Source: Chthoniobacteraceae bacterium
Lineage (GTDB): Bacteria; Verrucomicrobiota; Verrucomicrobiia; Chthoniobacterales; Chthoniobacteraceae
NCBI GenBank assembly: GCA_031409335.1
Contig: JANNWY010000164.1
Coordinates: 1 to 28,888 of the forward strand
Direction: 5' to 3'
DNA length: 28,888 nucleotides
In this document: piece by piece, positions 18,369 through 27,564 of the stretch
Layout: every line of letters starts with the position of its first letter
Position numbering within the stretch: position 1 is the first letter of the stretch
Notes under the pieces: generated by a model
Databases searched by the model: none
Told to the model about the DNA's origin: nothing
The model's input: only the letters and a program-made list of their open reading frames with translations
Translations under genes and position numbers: made by a program

Positions 18369-19217
18369 TCAGAGCATCTTCTCGACAAACTCGCGGCTCT
18401 CGAAAAACGCGAGGTCTTCCAGCTTTTCCCCGGTGCCGATGAAGCGCGTCGGAATGCCGATCTCGTGCTGGATCGCGATGACGCAACCGCCTTTTCCCGA
18501 GCCGTCGAGCTTCGTGACGATGATGCCGGTGAGCGGCGTCGCGGCGTGAAATTCGCGCGCTTGATTCAGCGCGTTTCCGCCCGTGGTGGCATCGACCACG
18601 AGATACGTCTCGTGCGGCGCGGCGGGGTCCGTGCGCTGGAGGATGCGCTTCACCTTCGCGAGTTCGCCCATCAGGTTCGTCTTCGTGTGCAGCCGTCCGG
18701 CGGTGTCGCAGATCAGGAATTCGATGTTGTTCTTCTCCGCCTTTTGCATCGCCTCAAAACACACTGCCGCCGGGTCGCTGTTGTATTCGCCTTTCACGAT
18801 GTCCACGCCGATGCGCTCCGCCCAGACGCCGAGTTGCTCGATCGCCGCAGCGCGGAAAGTGTCCGCCGCGGCGAGCAGGACTGTGTGGCCTTTGCGTTTT
18901 AGAAAATGCGCGAGCTTGGCCGTGCTCGTCGTTTTTCCCGTGCCGTTCACGCCGACGACGAGGATGACTTTGGTCTTCGTCGCGAGCGGGCGCAGGATCG
19001 GGTTGTCGCGCGGCAGCACTTTCAGGATTTCATCGTGCGCCACTTTCACGACGCTCTCCGCGGTGAGCTTTTCCTCGCGCGCCTGGCACGCCTTGAGGAT
19101 GCGCGTCATCATCGGCACGCCGAGATCGGCGCGGATCAGCAGTTCCTCCAGCTCCTCCCAATCCACCGGACGCCCGGTGAATTTCTGCATGAGTGATTTG
19201 AAAAAACCAAAAGCCAT
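18369..19217 (-). CDS. ftsY: Signal recognition particle receptor FtsY (short NG-only form)
   Basis: GVNGTGKTTS, DTFRAAA, DTAGR, TKLDGSGKGG, GTGE. Confidence 0.97.
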   Translation of the reverse strand: MAFGFFKSLMQKFTGRPVDWEELEELLIRADLGVPMMTRILKACQAREEKLTAESVVKVAHDEILKVLPRDNPILRPLATKTKVILVVGVNGTGKTTSTAKLAHFLKRKGHTVLLAAADTFRAAAIEQLGVWAERIGVDIVKGEYNSDPAAVCFEAMQKAEKNNIEFLICDTAGRLHTKTNLMGELAKVKRILQRTDPAAPHETYLVVDATTGGNALNQAREFHAATPLTGIIVTKLDGSGKGGCVIAIQHEIGIPTRFIGTGEKLEDLAFFESREFVEKML

Positions 19218-19226
19218 CGCGGGCGG

Positions 19227-19670
19227 TTACGATGCGGTGCGCGCGGGCCGCGGCAGATCGGCGCGCACGCGATCCAGAATGCCATTCACAAAACGCCCGC
19301 TTTCCTCGCTGCCAAACTTTTTCGCGACCTCGATCGCCTCATTGATGCACACAACCGGCGGCACGTCCGTGCAGTGCTGCATTTCGTAAATGCCGACGCG
19401 CAAAATATTCCGGTCCACGACGGCGATGCGGTGCAGATCGTAGTTCGCGGTGAACTTGGAAATCGTCGCGTCGATATCCGCGAGATGCGCGGTCACACCT
19501 TTCACCAGTTCTTCGGTGAACGTGCGCGTCTTCGCCGAAGCCTCGGCTTTTCCCGGACCGCTGCGCAGCTTCCAAAAAGCGATGAGCGACTCGTCCACCG
19601 GCTGGCAGTTCACGTCGAACTGATACAGGAATTGCACCGCGGCCTCGCGGCCTTCGCGTCGTTTGCCCAT
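19227..19670 (-). CDS. nusB: Transcription antitermination factor NusB
   Basis: RREGREAAVQFLY, VDRNILR, INEAIEVAKKFG, FVNGILD. Confidence 0.97.
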   Translation of the reverse strand: MGKRREGREAAVQFLYQFDVNCQPVDESLIAFWKLRSGPGKAEASAKTRTFTEELVKGVTAHLADIDATISKFTANYDLHRIAVVDRNILRVGIYEMQHCTDVPPVVCINEAIEVAKKFGSEESGRFVNGILDRVRADLPRPARTAS

Positions 19671-19676
19671 CGCCGG

Positions 19677-20153
19677 TCAGCGTCGCGCGAAGTCGCCCAT
19701 GACCTGCGCCATCCGCATCGCCACACGCGCGGCTTCGGTGCCACGATTGATCTCACTTTCCAGACAGCGCGCACGCGCCTGATCCTCATTTTGCAGCAGC
19801 AAAACCTCGTGAATGATCGGCAGCCGGTTGTTCAGCGCGATCCGCTGCAGCGATTCCGTGACCGCCCGCGCCACCATTTCCGCGTGCGCCGTTTCGCCCT
19901 GAATGATCACCCCAAGCGCAATGACACCGTCGATGCCGCCCTTTGCCGCGACCTCCTGGACGACGAGCGGAATCTCGAATGCGCCCGGCACTTCATAGAC
20001 ATGCACATTCGTGTTCGGCGCGATCACTTCGAGTTCGCGTTTCGTGTGATCCACGAGCCCCTGCACATAGCCGTGATGATACTGGCTCGCGACGATGGCG
20101 AAGGATTTGCGCGGGCCAAAGCCACGAGGGCGTGAAGGAAGAATGGATGCCAT
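19677..20153 (-). CDS. ribH: 6,7-dimethyl-8-ribityllumazine synthase
   Basis: VPGAFEIP, IALGVIIQGETAH, NRGTEAA; ribH-nusB synteny. Confidence 0.95.
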   Translation of the reverse strand: MASILPSRPRGFGPRKSFAIVASQYHHGYVQGLVDHTKRELEVIAPNTNVHVYEVPGAFEIPLVVQEVAAKGGIDGVIALGVIIQGETAHAEMVARAVTESLQRIALNNRLPIIHEVLLLQNEDQARARCLESEINRGTEAARVAMRMAQVMGDFARR

Positions 20154-20203
20154 GATGCGGGAGCGCGGATGTTAATGGCACCCCCCGACCGCGCAACAAG
20201 TAA

Positions 20204-20310
20204 TCCTGCTCTTGATCCTGCTCCTGCTCTTGATCTTGATCTTGATCCCCTCCCCCAAAGCGCACCTCAACGCTGAGGATCAAGATCAAGATCAGGGATC
20301 AGGAGCAGGA
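20204..20310. repeat. Inverted pair of hexamer arrays (TCYTGM)7 / (KCARGA)5 upstream of ribH
   Basis: Arms at 20204-20245 and about 20277-20310, with an inner CCTCA-ACGC-TGAGG hairpin. Confidence 0.9.
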
Positions 20311-20394
20311 GGGGGAATGAATCGGCGGCGCGCTTTACAAACGCGCAACCGCGGCGACGGCTTGGCGGGAGCCTCGCTCCCATCGCGCGGTGGA

Positions 20395-22818
20395 CTACTC
20401 GCGCGGCTCGCGGAGGTAGGCGATGAGGTCGGCGAATTCCTGCGGCGTGAGCCGGTCGGTGAGCAAGGGCGGCATTAGCGAAATCGGGAGTGGCTCGCGC
20501 GTCAGCACGTCGTCGAAGCGGTATTTCGCGCGTGTGCCGGTGGCGTCGAGCAGGGTGAAATCGGACTTGCTATCGACGAATTGATCGATGCCCGCGGCCT
20601 CGCGGCCGTCGCGCATTTTCACATGCCACTGGGCAAATGCTGGCGCGATTTCCTTGCTCGGTTCGCGGATGGATTCGGTGAGTTTTTCGATGCTCATGCG
20701 CCACGAGCCGGTGAGATCGGGACCGATCGCGCGTCCACGGCCTTCGATCTGATGGCAGTTCGCGCAGAGCGGTCCGTTCGGGTGGGAAAAGAGGCGGCGT
20801 CCGGCGGCGGGATCGAGCTTGGCAGCGGCGGGAGATTGGACCGCGGGCAGAGGTTCGCCGAGCGAGCGCGCGGCCTCGTGGCTTAAAGTTTGATCGCCAG
20901 ATGCGGCGATGGTTTTCAAAAGCTCACGCGTCTCCGGCGAGGATGCGGAATGCACAAGGCCGGCAATGGCTTCGGCGCGGAGGGCAGGGGAGATGTTTTT
21001 GTTGCTGGCGATGCGGCGCAGTTCGGACTGCGCGGGCTCGTCAGCGCGCGCGGCGAGCGAGCGCGCGGCTTCGATTTGCAGTGGGATGATGTCCGCGGCG
21101 AGCAATCCGCGCAGGACATCCATCGTGAGCGCGGCGTGCGACACCGGCAGGAGGCGGAGCGCGAGCGCGCGGAGGGCGGGATCGCGTTTGGCGTCGAGCG
21201 CGACGGTGGCGGTGCGCTGATGGCGCGCGGCGGTGCTCACTTTGCCGTCGGTGTCGATTTTTTCCGTCGCGAGCATTTCCGCTGCGGCGAGGTAGGCGTC
21301 GAAGACCTGTCGCGTCGGGTTTCCCGCGATGGCGGTGTCGAGTTGCGGGGTGAAATCGGTGAGGCGCTCCTCGCCGATCCATTGCAATGCAGCGCGGCGG
21401 ATCGCGGGGTCGGTATCTTTGAGTGCGTCGCCGAGCGGTCCGGTTTCCTTTCGCTGCCGCGAGGCGAGGAGGAGCCCGAGGCGGACTTTCGGCTCTGGGT
21501 TTCGCAGGTCGAGCGTGACGCTTTTGTCGTTTGCGAGCGCGAGCAGCGCGGCGCGAAAGTAAAACGGATCATCGCTTCGCAACATCGCGAGTGCAGTGGC
21601 GGAGGGCAGTTTTCCCGCGAGCAATTGAGTGAGCTGCGCCTCGGGTCCGGTGAGAGGCAGCGCATCGGCAGCGCCCTTGGCAAGCGCCCGGCGCCTTAAG
21701 CGAACCGGCTCGTCCGATATCTCTTTCACCCCGCGCACGCGCCAGACGCGGCCTTTCCCATGCACCTCGTAAGCGCCATCGACCCAATCGCTGATCAACA
21801 GCGAACCATCCGGCGCGGCGGCGATGCCGCTTGGGCGGAAGTCGTTTCCGCCGCGCACGAGCCATTCGGGTTTTGTGGTGAACGAGGAGTCGCGTCTTTC
21901 GAGCGGGAAGCGCTGGATGCCGTGATCCGTCCAGGTGCAACCGAGCAGCGCGCCGCCGCGCCAGAGCAGGCCGGTGGGCGCTTCGCCGGTGAGGCACACC
22001 GGCGGCAGCGTGCCCGGCCAGCGGCCTTCCCACGAGATGAACGGGTGATCCGTCGTGCGACCGTAGCGATAGCGATAGCCGTAGTCGCCGCTGCGGACGA
22101 TGTGCAGCAGTCGGCAGAGCGAGCCGCCGCCGGGATCGTTATCCAGCGCGAAGAGTCGGCCCGCGGGATCGAACGCGAGGCCGAACGGATTCCACAAGCC
22201 AAGCGCCCAATGCACGAGCCCGCGCCCTTCTTCGTCGAAGCGGAAAATCGCGCCTTCATCGGTGCCGCGCAGCACCACGCCGTCGGTGCCAGTGAGCGTC
22301 CACGGGACACCATGATTTTCACCGAAGCCGAGGAAGATCGCGCCGTCGGGACTGCGCGCGAGACTGGAGAGGCCGTTGTGCGGATATCTGTCATCGGTCA
22401 CGAGCGTGAGCAGCGTGCGGCGTTCGTCGGCGCGCCCGTCGCCATCTTTGTCGCCGAGCCGCAAAGTCGCGGCGCGCGTGGAGACCAGCACATCCCCGCC
22501 GGGGAGCAGCAGCAGACCCATGCCGTCGCTGAAACCATCGGCATAAGTCGTGATCTTCCGCGCGCGCCCGTCGGGCGCGAAATCGTCGAGGATCAACACG
22601 CGATCCGTCGGCGGCGCATCGTATTTTTTCGGGCGAAAGTGCGTGTTGTTTTCCAGCACCCACACGCGCCCTTTCGGATCCACGGCGATCGCGGTCGGCG
22701 TGCGCAGATCGGGATCGCTGGCGACGAGTTCGATGGTGCCACCGGGCGTTACCAGCTTCGGAAGCTCGGCGAGAAGGCCCGGTGCGAACATGATGGCGAC
22801 GAGGAACAGGAAACGCAT
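20395..22818 (-). CDS. PVC-type heme-binding CxxCH protein (dehydrogenase-like beta-propeller, HEAT repeats, cytochrome c)
   Basis: Signal peptide, DKDGDGRAD, GLWNPFGLAFD, FRPSGIAAAPDGSLLISDW, CANCH..G.G..IGPDL, SLMP. Confidence 0.9.
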   Translation of the reverse strand: MRFLFLVAIMFAPGLLAELPKLVTPGGTIELVASDPDLRTPTAIAVDPKGRVWVLENNTHFRPKKYDAPPTDRVLILDDFAPDGRARKITTYADGFSDGMGLLLLPGGDVLVSTRAATLRLGDKDGDGRADERRTLLTLVTDDRYPHNGLSSLARSPDGAIFLGFGENHGVPWTLTGTDGVVLRGTDEGAIFRFDEEGRGLVHWALGLWNPFGLAFDPAGRLFALDNDPGGGSLCRLLHIVRSGDYGYRYRYGRTTDHPFISWEGRWPGTLPPVCLTGEAPTGLLWRGGALLGCTWTDHGIQRFPLERRDSSFTTKPEWLVRGGNDFRPSGIAAAPDGSLLISDWVDGAYEVHGKGRVWRVRGVKEISDEPVRLRRRALAKGAADALPLTGPEAQLTQLLAGKLPSATALAMLRSDDPFYFRAALLALANDKSVTLDLRNPEPKVRLGLLLASRQRKETGPLGDALKDTDPAIRRAALQWIGEERLTDFTPQLDTAIAGNPTRQVFDAYLAAAEMLATEKIDTDGKVSTAARHQRTATVALDAKRDPALRALALRLLPVSHAALTMDVLRGLLAADIIPLQIEAARSLAARADEPAQSELRRIASNKNISPALRAEAIAGLVHSASSPETRELLKTIAASGDQTLSHEAARSLGEPLPAVQSPAAAKLDPAAGRRLFSHPNGPLCANCHQIEGRGRAIGPDLTGSWRMSIEKLTESIREPSKEIAPAFAQWHVKMRDGREAAGIDQFVDSKSDFTLLDATGTRAKYRFDDVLTREPLPISLMPPLLTDRLTPQEFADLIAYLREPRE

Positions 22819-22994
22819 CGCAACTGTGTAGCGATGAAGTTTTAGCCGCGCAATATCGCAACACCGCACGAGGGACGATCCCGCCGCCGGCATCGTCCGT
22901 CAAAAGCCTTGTCACAAATACACCGCTTCACAGAGCCCGGTGCTCAAGCCCGGATTGCCTTCGGCGTTGAACAGGTTGGCGAGATGTCTTCCGC

Positions 22995-23224
22995 TTACCA
23001 GCCTGTTGAAACACTCATTCCAGCGCCGTAGGCGCGCCATGTTTATAGAATATGTCCGAACAAAAGTGGATAGCTCCGTAGAAGCGGCACAACCCCCGAA
23101 TCAAGCGTACATGCCGCTCCTACGGAGCTTTGCCGGTTCCCTTTCCGGATTCTTACAGACATGGCGTGTCTACGGCGCTGGAGAGCCACCAATGCCGCGC
23201 CCAAGTTTTTCAACAGGCCGTTAA
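22995..23224. mobile_element. About 230-bp nested palindromic MITE/REP-like element
   Basis: Outer IR GCCTGTTGAAA (23001-23011) / TTTCAACAGGC (23208-23218). Middle IR 23019-23042 / 23159-23182 (22/24). Inner IR 23072-23089 / 23112-23129 (17/18). Confidence 0.8.
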
Positions 23225-24612
23225 GGGCACGGGCGCGCGGCAAGATACTGCGCGGCAAGCTCGCGGCGGCTGATTTTGCCGCGCTCGTTCGCCGCGATTT
23301 CCGGCACGATCCAGACATCGCGCGGCACCTGCCACGCGCTGAGGCGTCCATGGCAAAAACGCAGCACGCCCGCCGCGTCGATCCCCTCACCCGCCACACA
23401 CGCGATCGCCTCCTCGCCGCGCAGCGCGCACGGCACGCCGAAAACCACTGCCTGCCGAACGCCGGGAAATTCCAGCAAGCGCTGCTCGACCGAGGCCGGA
23501 CTGAGTTTGCGTCCCGCAACGTTAATGACATCCGACGCGCGCCCGACGATCTTCAGCCCGCGCTTTGACCACTCGACCAAATCCGCCGGGACGAAACATC
23601 CACCGTTCAGCGCCTCATCTTCCTCCGGGAAATAACCATCGCCAGCAGCCGCGCTGCGCACCGCGATGCGCCCATCGTGCAGCGGCGAAAGATTCACGCC
23701 TACCATCGCAGTTCCCACGAACCCCTCTTCGTAGCGCGCCTCCGCAGTCGCATCATACGCGATCCCACCGCACTCCGAGGCTCCGTAAAAAGTGTAAATC
23801 TTCGCGCCAAATCGCGCCGTGAATTTTTCACCCACCGCCGGTGGCAGCGGCGCACCCGCCGACACGCACAGTCGCAGCCGCGGCAGCGCGGGTGCGTTTT
23901 CCAGTTCGGCGAGTTTTTGGAAAAAGACCGGGATGCCGGGAAACACCGTCGCGCCACTCGCCGCGAGGCCATCGAGAATCGCGCGCGGCAGGCGGTCATC
24001 CGTCGCGACGAGGGGAACGCCGCGGCAAATCAGCGGCGTGAGCAAATTGCTAAAGCCGTAACTGTGCGAAAACGGGATCGCGCCGAAATTCAGATCGTCG
24101 GGGCCGAAACCCATCGTCGCGCAAATCTGATCGCAATCCGCGAGCAACTGAGTCGCCCGAAAACGAATCGCCCGCGGCGTGGAAGTCGTGCCGCTCGTCA
24201 GCTTCAACAACTCCGCGTCAGGAGATTTCTGGTTTCCGATTTCCGATTTCCGATTTACCGCCATCTCACTGCCGTCCATTTCGACGATCGCGCTGACCCT
24301 GCACGTCTCCACTGCCGCGGCGAGTTCGCTGCCTTCCATGTGCCGACCCAGCGGAAGCGGGATCAATTCACGCCGAAACAAAGCCAGCAGAAGCGCCGGC
24401 CAGGACGGCAGATTTCCGATCCGAATCGCCACGACGGCGCGGGATCTGAATGGGTGGAAAAGCGGTTCGACCGCGCGCGATTCTGCTTCGATGTCGGCAA
24501 AAGTCCGCAGTGTTCCGCCAGCGGCATCGAGCAGGGCGGGCCGGTTTCCGAACTTCGCCAGCGTCCCCGCCCACGCCGCGAGCAGCACATTTTCAGCGAT
24601 TCCGGAAGGCAC
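23221..24612 (-). CDS. Class I adenylate-forming (AMP-binding) enzyme, acyl-CoA-synthetase-like
   Basis: [10 protein letters not shown]-loop, [37 protein letters not shown]. Confidence 0.9.
   Translation of the reverse strand: MPSGIAENVLLAAWAGTLAKFGNRPALLDAAGGTLRTFADIEAESRAVEPLFHPFRSRAVVAIRIGNLPSWPALLLALFRRELIPLPLGRHMEGSELAAAVETCRVSAIVEMDGSEMAVNRKSEIGNQKSPDAELLKLTSGTTSTPRAIRFRATQLLADCDQICATMGFGPDDLNFGAIPFSHSYGFSNLLTPLICRGVPLVATDDRLPRAILDGLAASGATVFPGIPVFFQKLAELENAPALPRLRLCVSAGAPLPPAVGEKFTARFGAKIYTFYGASECGGIAYDATAEARYEEGFVGTAMVGVNLSPLHDGRIAVRSAAAGDGYFPEEDEALNGGCFVPADLVEWSKRGLKIVGRASDVINVAGRKLSPASVEQRLLEFPGVRQAVVFGVPCALRGEEAIACVAGEGIDAAGVLRFCHGRLSAWQVPRDVWIVPEIAANERGKISRRELAAQYLAARPCP
24224..24256. 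repeat. Heptamer array (GATTTCC)~4.7 inside the AMP-binding gene
   Basis: GATTTCT GGTTTCC GATTTCC GATTTCC GATTT; encodes [11 protein letters not shown] on the minus strand. Confidence 0.88.
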
Positions 24613-24704
24613 GGTGCGGAGGGAAAATGGTCACGGGAAATAGTCGGACTTTTTGGTTGCGGCTCGGGATATGCCCGTTACCCTCCTACCCCTTTTCCAA
24701 AGCC

Positions 24705-24932
24705 ATGAAAGCAGATATTCATCCCGACTACACCGAGACCACCATCAGTTGCGCCTGCGGCACCGTTTACCACACCCGCTCCACCCGCCGCGAAATCAAG
24801 GTCGGCATTTGCGCGGCCTGCCATCCGTTCTTCACGGGCGAACAAAAGTTCGTCGATACCGCAGGCCGCATCGAGAAATTCTCGCGCCGTTACGCAGGCG
24901 TCAAAGTGCGCGCGGACAAAAAAGGCGCTTAG
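24705..24932 (+). CDS. rpmE: 50S ribosomal protein L31 (Zn-binding type)
   Basis: [36 protein letters not shown]. Confidence 0.97.
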   Translation: MKADIHPDYTETTISCACGTVYHTRSTRREIKVGICAACHPFFTGEQKFVDTAGRIEKFSRRYAGVKVRADKKGA

Positions 24933-24951
24933 TTACTTCCGGCAGTTTTCG

Positions 24952-24991
24952 AAACGGTGAAGCCCGCTTGCGGCTTCACCGTTTTGTTTTT
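24952..24991 (+). terminator. Intrinsic terminator after rpmE
   Basis: 13-bp stem AAACGGTGAAGCC / GGCTTCACCGTTT followed by TGTTTTT. Confidence 0.8.
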
Positions 24992-25049
24992 GCCGAAGGC
25001 CGAAAGTCGAAGGTCGCAGGACCGTTACTTTCGACCCTCGACCTTCGAC
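24992..25049. repeat. Inverted pair of heptamer arrays (GYCGAAG)4 / (YYTCGAC)3 just upstream of prfA
   Basis: Arms at 24992-25019 and 25029-25049; ends 9 nt before the ATG at 25059. Confidence 0.88.
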
Positions 25050-25058
25050 ACACATCCC

Positions 25059-26138
25059 ATGGACTTTGCCCCACTCCTCAGCCGCAACGCCGACCGCTTC
25101 CGCGAACTCGAGGCCGAGATCGGGTCGGGAAATCTCTACGCCGATCCGCGCCGCGCCCGCGATCTCCTGCGCGAACACACGCGCCTGAAAGCGTTGCTCG
25201 CCGATTGGGACAATCTCCAAAAATCCCGCGCCGACCTCGCGAGCAATCAGCAACTCGCCAACGGTGCCGACGCGGAAATGGCCGAGCTGGCCTCGATGGA
25301 AATCCCTGATCTCGAAAAGAACATCGCTGCGCTGGAGGAGAAAGTGCAGTTCGCCCTGCTCCCGCCCGATCCGAATGAAGAGCGCGACGCGATCGTGGAA
25401 ATCCGCGCCGGCACCGGTGGCGATGAAGCCGGACTTTTCGCCGCCGATCTTTACCGGATGTACACCCGCTTCGCCGACACCCACGGTTTTAAGATCGAAA
25501 ACCTCGAATCCAGCGCGGGCGAACTAGGCGGGTTTAAGGAAGTCATCTTCAAAGTCACCGGCGGCCAGGTTTTCCGCACGCTGAAATACGAAAGCGGCGT
25601 GCATCGCGTGCAGCGCGTCCCCGCCACGGAAACGCAGGGCCGCATCCACACCAGCGCCGCCACCGTCGCGGTGCTGCCAGAAGCCGAGGAAGTCGATCTC
25701 GAACTCAAGCCCGACGAAATCCGCGTGGAAGTCTGCCGTGCCGGCGGACCCGGCGGACAGGGCGTGAACACCACCGATTCCGCCGTGCAAGTGATGCACA
25801 TCCCGACCGGCATGATCGTGCGCTGCCAGGACGGACGTTCGCAGCAGAAGAACAAGGAAAAGGCGCTCAACATCCTGCGCTCTCGCCTGCTCGAAAAAAT
25901 GCAGCGCGAGGAAGCCGAAAAATACGCCGCGCATCGCAAAAGCCAGATCGGCAGCGGCGACCGCAGCGAAAAGATCCGCACTTACAACTACCCGCAAAAC
26001 CGCGTCACCGACCACCGCATCAACCTGACGCTCTACAGCCTCGACCGCTTCGTGGAAGGCAGCATCGGCGAAATGATCCACGCGCTGCAAGCCGCGGACA
26101 TGCAGGAGCGGCTGGCGGAGGCCAGCGTCACAACGTAA
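25059..26138 (+). CDS. prfA: Peptide chain release factor 1
   Basis: EIRAGTGGDEA, VQRVPATE (PxT motif), GPGGQGVN, RSEKIRTYNYPQ. Start at MDFAPL. Confidence 0.97.
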   Translation: MDFAPLLSRNADRFRELEAEIGSGNLYADPRRARDLLREHTRLKALLADWDNLQKSRADLASNQQLANGADAEMAELASMEIPDLEKNIAALEEKVQFALLPPDPNEERDAIVEIRAGTGGDEAGLFAADLYRMYTRFADTHGFKIENLESSAGELGGFKEVIFKVTGGQVFRTLKYESGVHRVQRVPATETQGRIHTSAATVAVLPEAEEVDLELKPDEIRVEVCRAGGPGGQGVNTTDSAVQVMHIPTGMIVRCQDGRSQQKNKEKALNILRSRLLEKMQREEAEKYAAHRKSQIGSGDRSEKIRTYNYPQNRVTDHRINLTLYSLDRFVEGSIGEMIHALQAADMQERLAEASVTT

Positions 26139-27474
26139 CTGGATTCCCGATTGCTTCGTCTGCGCGCGCCAAAAGGAAACATTTTGGATCGTATTTGCGT
26201 GCAAGCCGCAGGTAGTCGGACGCCTTTTCGCGATCACCCAAACGCGCGTTAGCAACCGCCAGGAAACAGGCGTTTTGCGCCTTGCCGTTGAGAGCCGTTG
26301 TCTCTTCAAACGACTTCGAGAGCAATGGAATCGCATCTTCAATCCGACCCATCGACAGGAGCACAGTCCCCCGTGTGCCTTGAACGGAAGACATCCAAGG
26401 CAGCAGGGCAAGCGCTTCTGTCGAGTATCGATCCGCCTCTTCGAGCAGTTCCTGGCCACCCAAAAGCGCATCCGCGTAGGCAATGTTGTTCAGCACCAAT
26501 GCGCGCATTACCGGAGCGACGCCTTCTTTCGCAAGACCCGGAAGCATCCGATTGCGCGCCATCACCAGATCTCCGACGTCGAGCATGTTGCACGTGTGAA
26601 GCGAATCGAGCGTTTCGTTGTCCGGGTATGTTGCAAGACCTTCACCAAGCCAGCGCCGGGCACCCTGAAAGTCGTTGCGTTCGCGACATTCCATTCCTTC
26701 CATCGCAAAGAGCATCGCATGGCTTTTCGCAGCATCACCGGATCCCACAAAGACTGCCCGAAAAAGAAGTTTTCCGTCGGATGCCAGATTCCCAAGGTCG
26801 GTTTGAATCATGCGCGGCCATAAATTAACCAGCAGCACCACTACGTTTGCGTAAAAGAAAATCTGCAGGGGAACGAACCCCTCGCCCAGCGCAGTAAGAT
26901 CCCAAACGATTCCGGCAGGCTTCGCAAGGAGAGCACCGCTGGCCAGCGCCAAATTGACCGCCGGGCCTCCTGCCACGAAAAGAAATTGTCGCCAGCGATA
27001 CCCAGCCACACCGCGATGCGCGGCGATGGCAACGCCCCCGAAAAGGAGCATCTTGAATTCCGCATCGATCCCGAACAGCCGCGTCCGAAACCAGGGTCGC
27101 CCCGTGCCAACGATGATTTTGAAAACACGGAGTCCCTGAATTCGCGCGACAAACGCATGTCCGAGTTCGTGCGGGACAATCGTGAGCACGTTGAAGAGGT
27201 CGAAGCAGGCTGCGTTAACAAGCAGCCAGCCGATCCGAGTCTGCGGCGCGAACCAAGCGATAGCAATGCCGCCAAATAGAGTGGCGAGCCAGTTCGCAAT
27301 TCGCCAGCCAAAGCTGGAATGCTGCCTTTTCGTCCAGCACACGGGACAAAATTTGCGTGTCGCCGTGCGAAACGAGCGTCGCTGCCGGATAAAAACTCCG
27401 GGCAGGGCTGATTCGATCCCGCAAACGGAACACCGCGACGGAACAGTATCCGAGGATTGGGACGGTGATGGCAC
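26128..27474 (-). CDS. Site-2 (M50) membrane metalloprotease with N-terminal Zn-ribbon and C-terminal TPR-like repeats
   Basis: CSVC...CPVC, HELGH, AGGPAVN, NLWP...SDG, NNIAYAD...TRG.VL..MGR..DAI. Confidence 0.85.
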   Translation of the reverse strand: MPSPSQSSDTVPSRCSVCGIESALPGVFIRQRRSFRTATRKFCPVCWTKRQHSSFGWRIANWLATLFGGIAIAWFAPQTRIGWLLVNAACFDLFNVLTIVPHELGHAFVARIQGLRVFKIIVGTGRPWFRTRLFGIDAEFKMLLFGGVAIAAHRGVAGYRWRQFLFVAGGPAVNLALASGALLAKPAGIVWDLTALGEGFVPLQIFFYANVVVLLVNLWPRMIQTDLGNLASDGKLLFRAVFVGSGDAAKSHAMLFAMEGMECRERNDFQGARRWLGEGLATYPDNETLDSLHTCNMLDVGDLVMARNRMLPGLAKEGVAPVMRALVLNNIAYADALLGGQELLEEADRYSTEALALLPWMSSVQGTRGTVLLSMGRIEDAIPLLSKSFEETTALNGKAQNACFLAVANARLGDREKASDYLRLARKYDPKCFLLARADEAIGNPVTL

Positions 27475-27564
27475 AACGGCAAGGAGGACTTATTGCCTGC
27501 CGAACAATCAAGCTCCGAGTACCAATTGCGCTCAGAGACTGCGAACGTTAAAAGCAATGCCTCA

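Noticed and set aside
20154..20394. FMN riboswitch upstream of ribH
   Set aside because: No RFN consensus (e.g. AGGGCGGGGTGAAATTCCC) was seen; the structure is explained by the hexamer arrays.
19993..20478. ORFs with DQDQEQEQ / LILILI low-complexity runs
   Set aside because: They are translations of the hexamer arrays and overlap ribH or the heme gene.
22062..22085. GCGATA tandem in the heme-protein gene
   Set aside because: Simply encodes YGYRYRYG; period 6 in frame, only two copies, no partner arm.
22995..23224. CRISPR array
   Set aside because: The repeats are inverted and nested, not direct repeats with regular spacers, and no cas genes are present.
24957..25058. N-terminal extension of RF1 from GTG 24957 (likewise the extensions 18191-18262 and 27493-27564)
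   Set aside because: The prfA extension starts inside the terminator stem and runs through repeats, and 18191-18262 is also repeat-derived. The downstream ATGs give family-typical lengths or a clean signal peptide.
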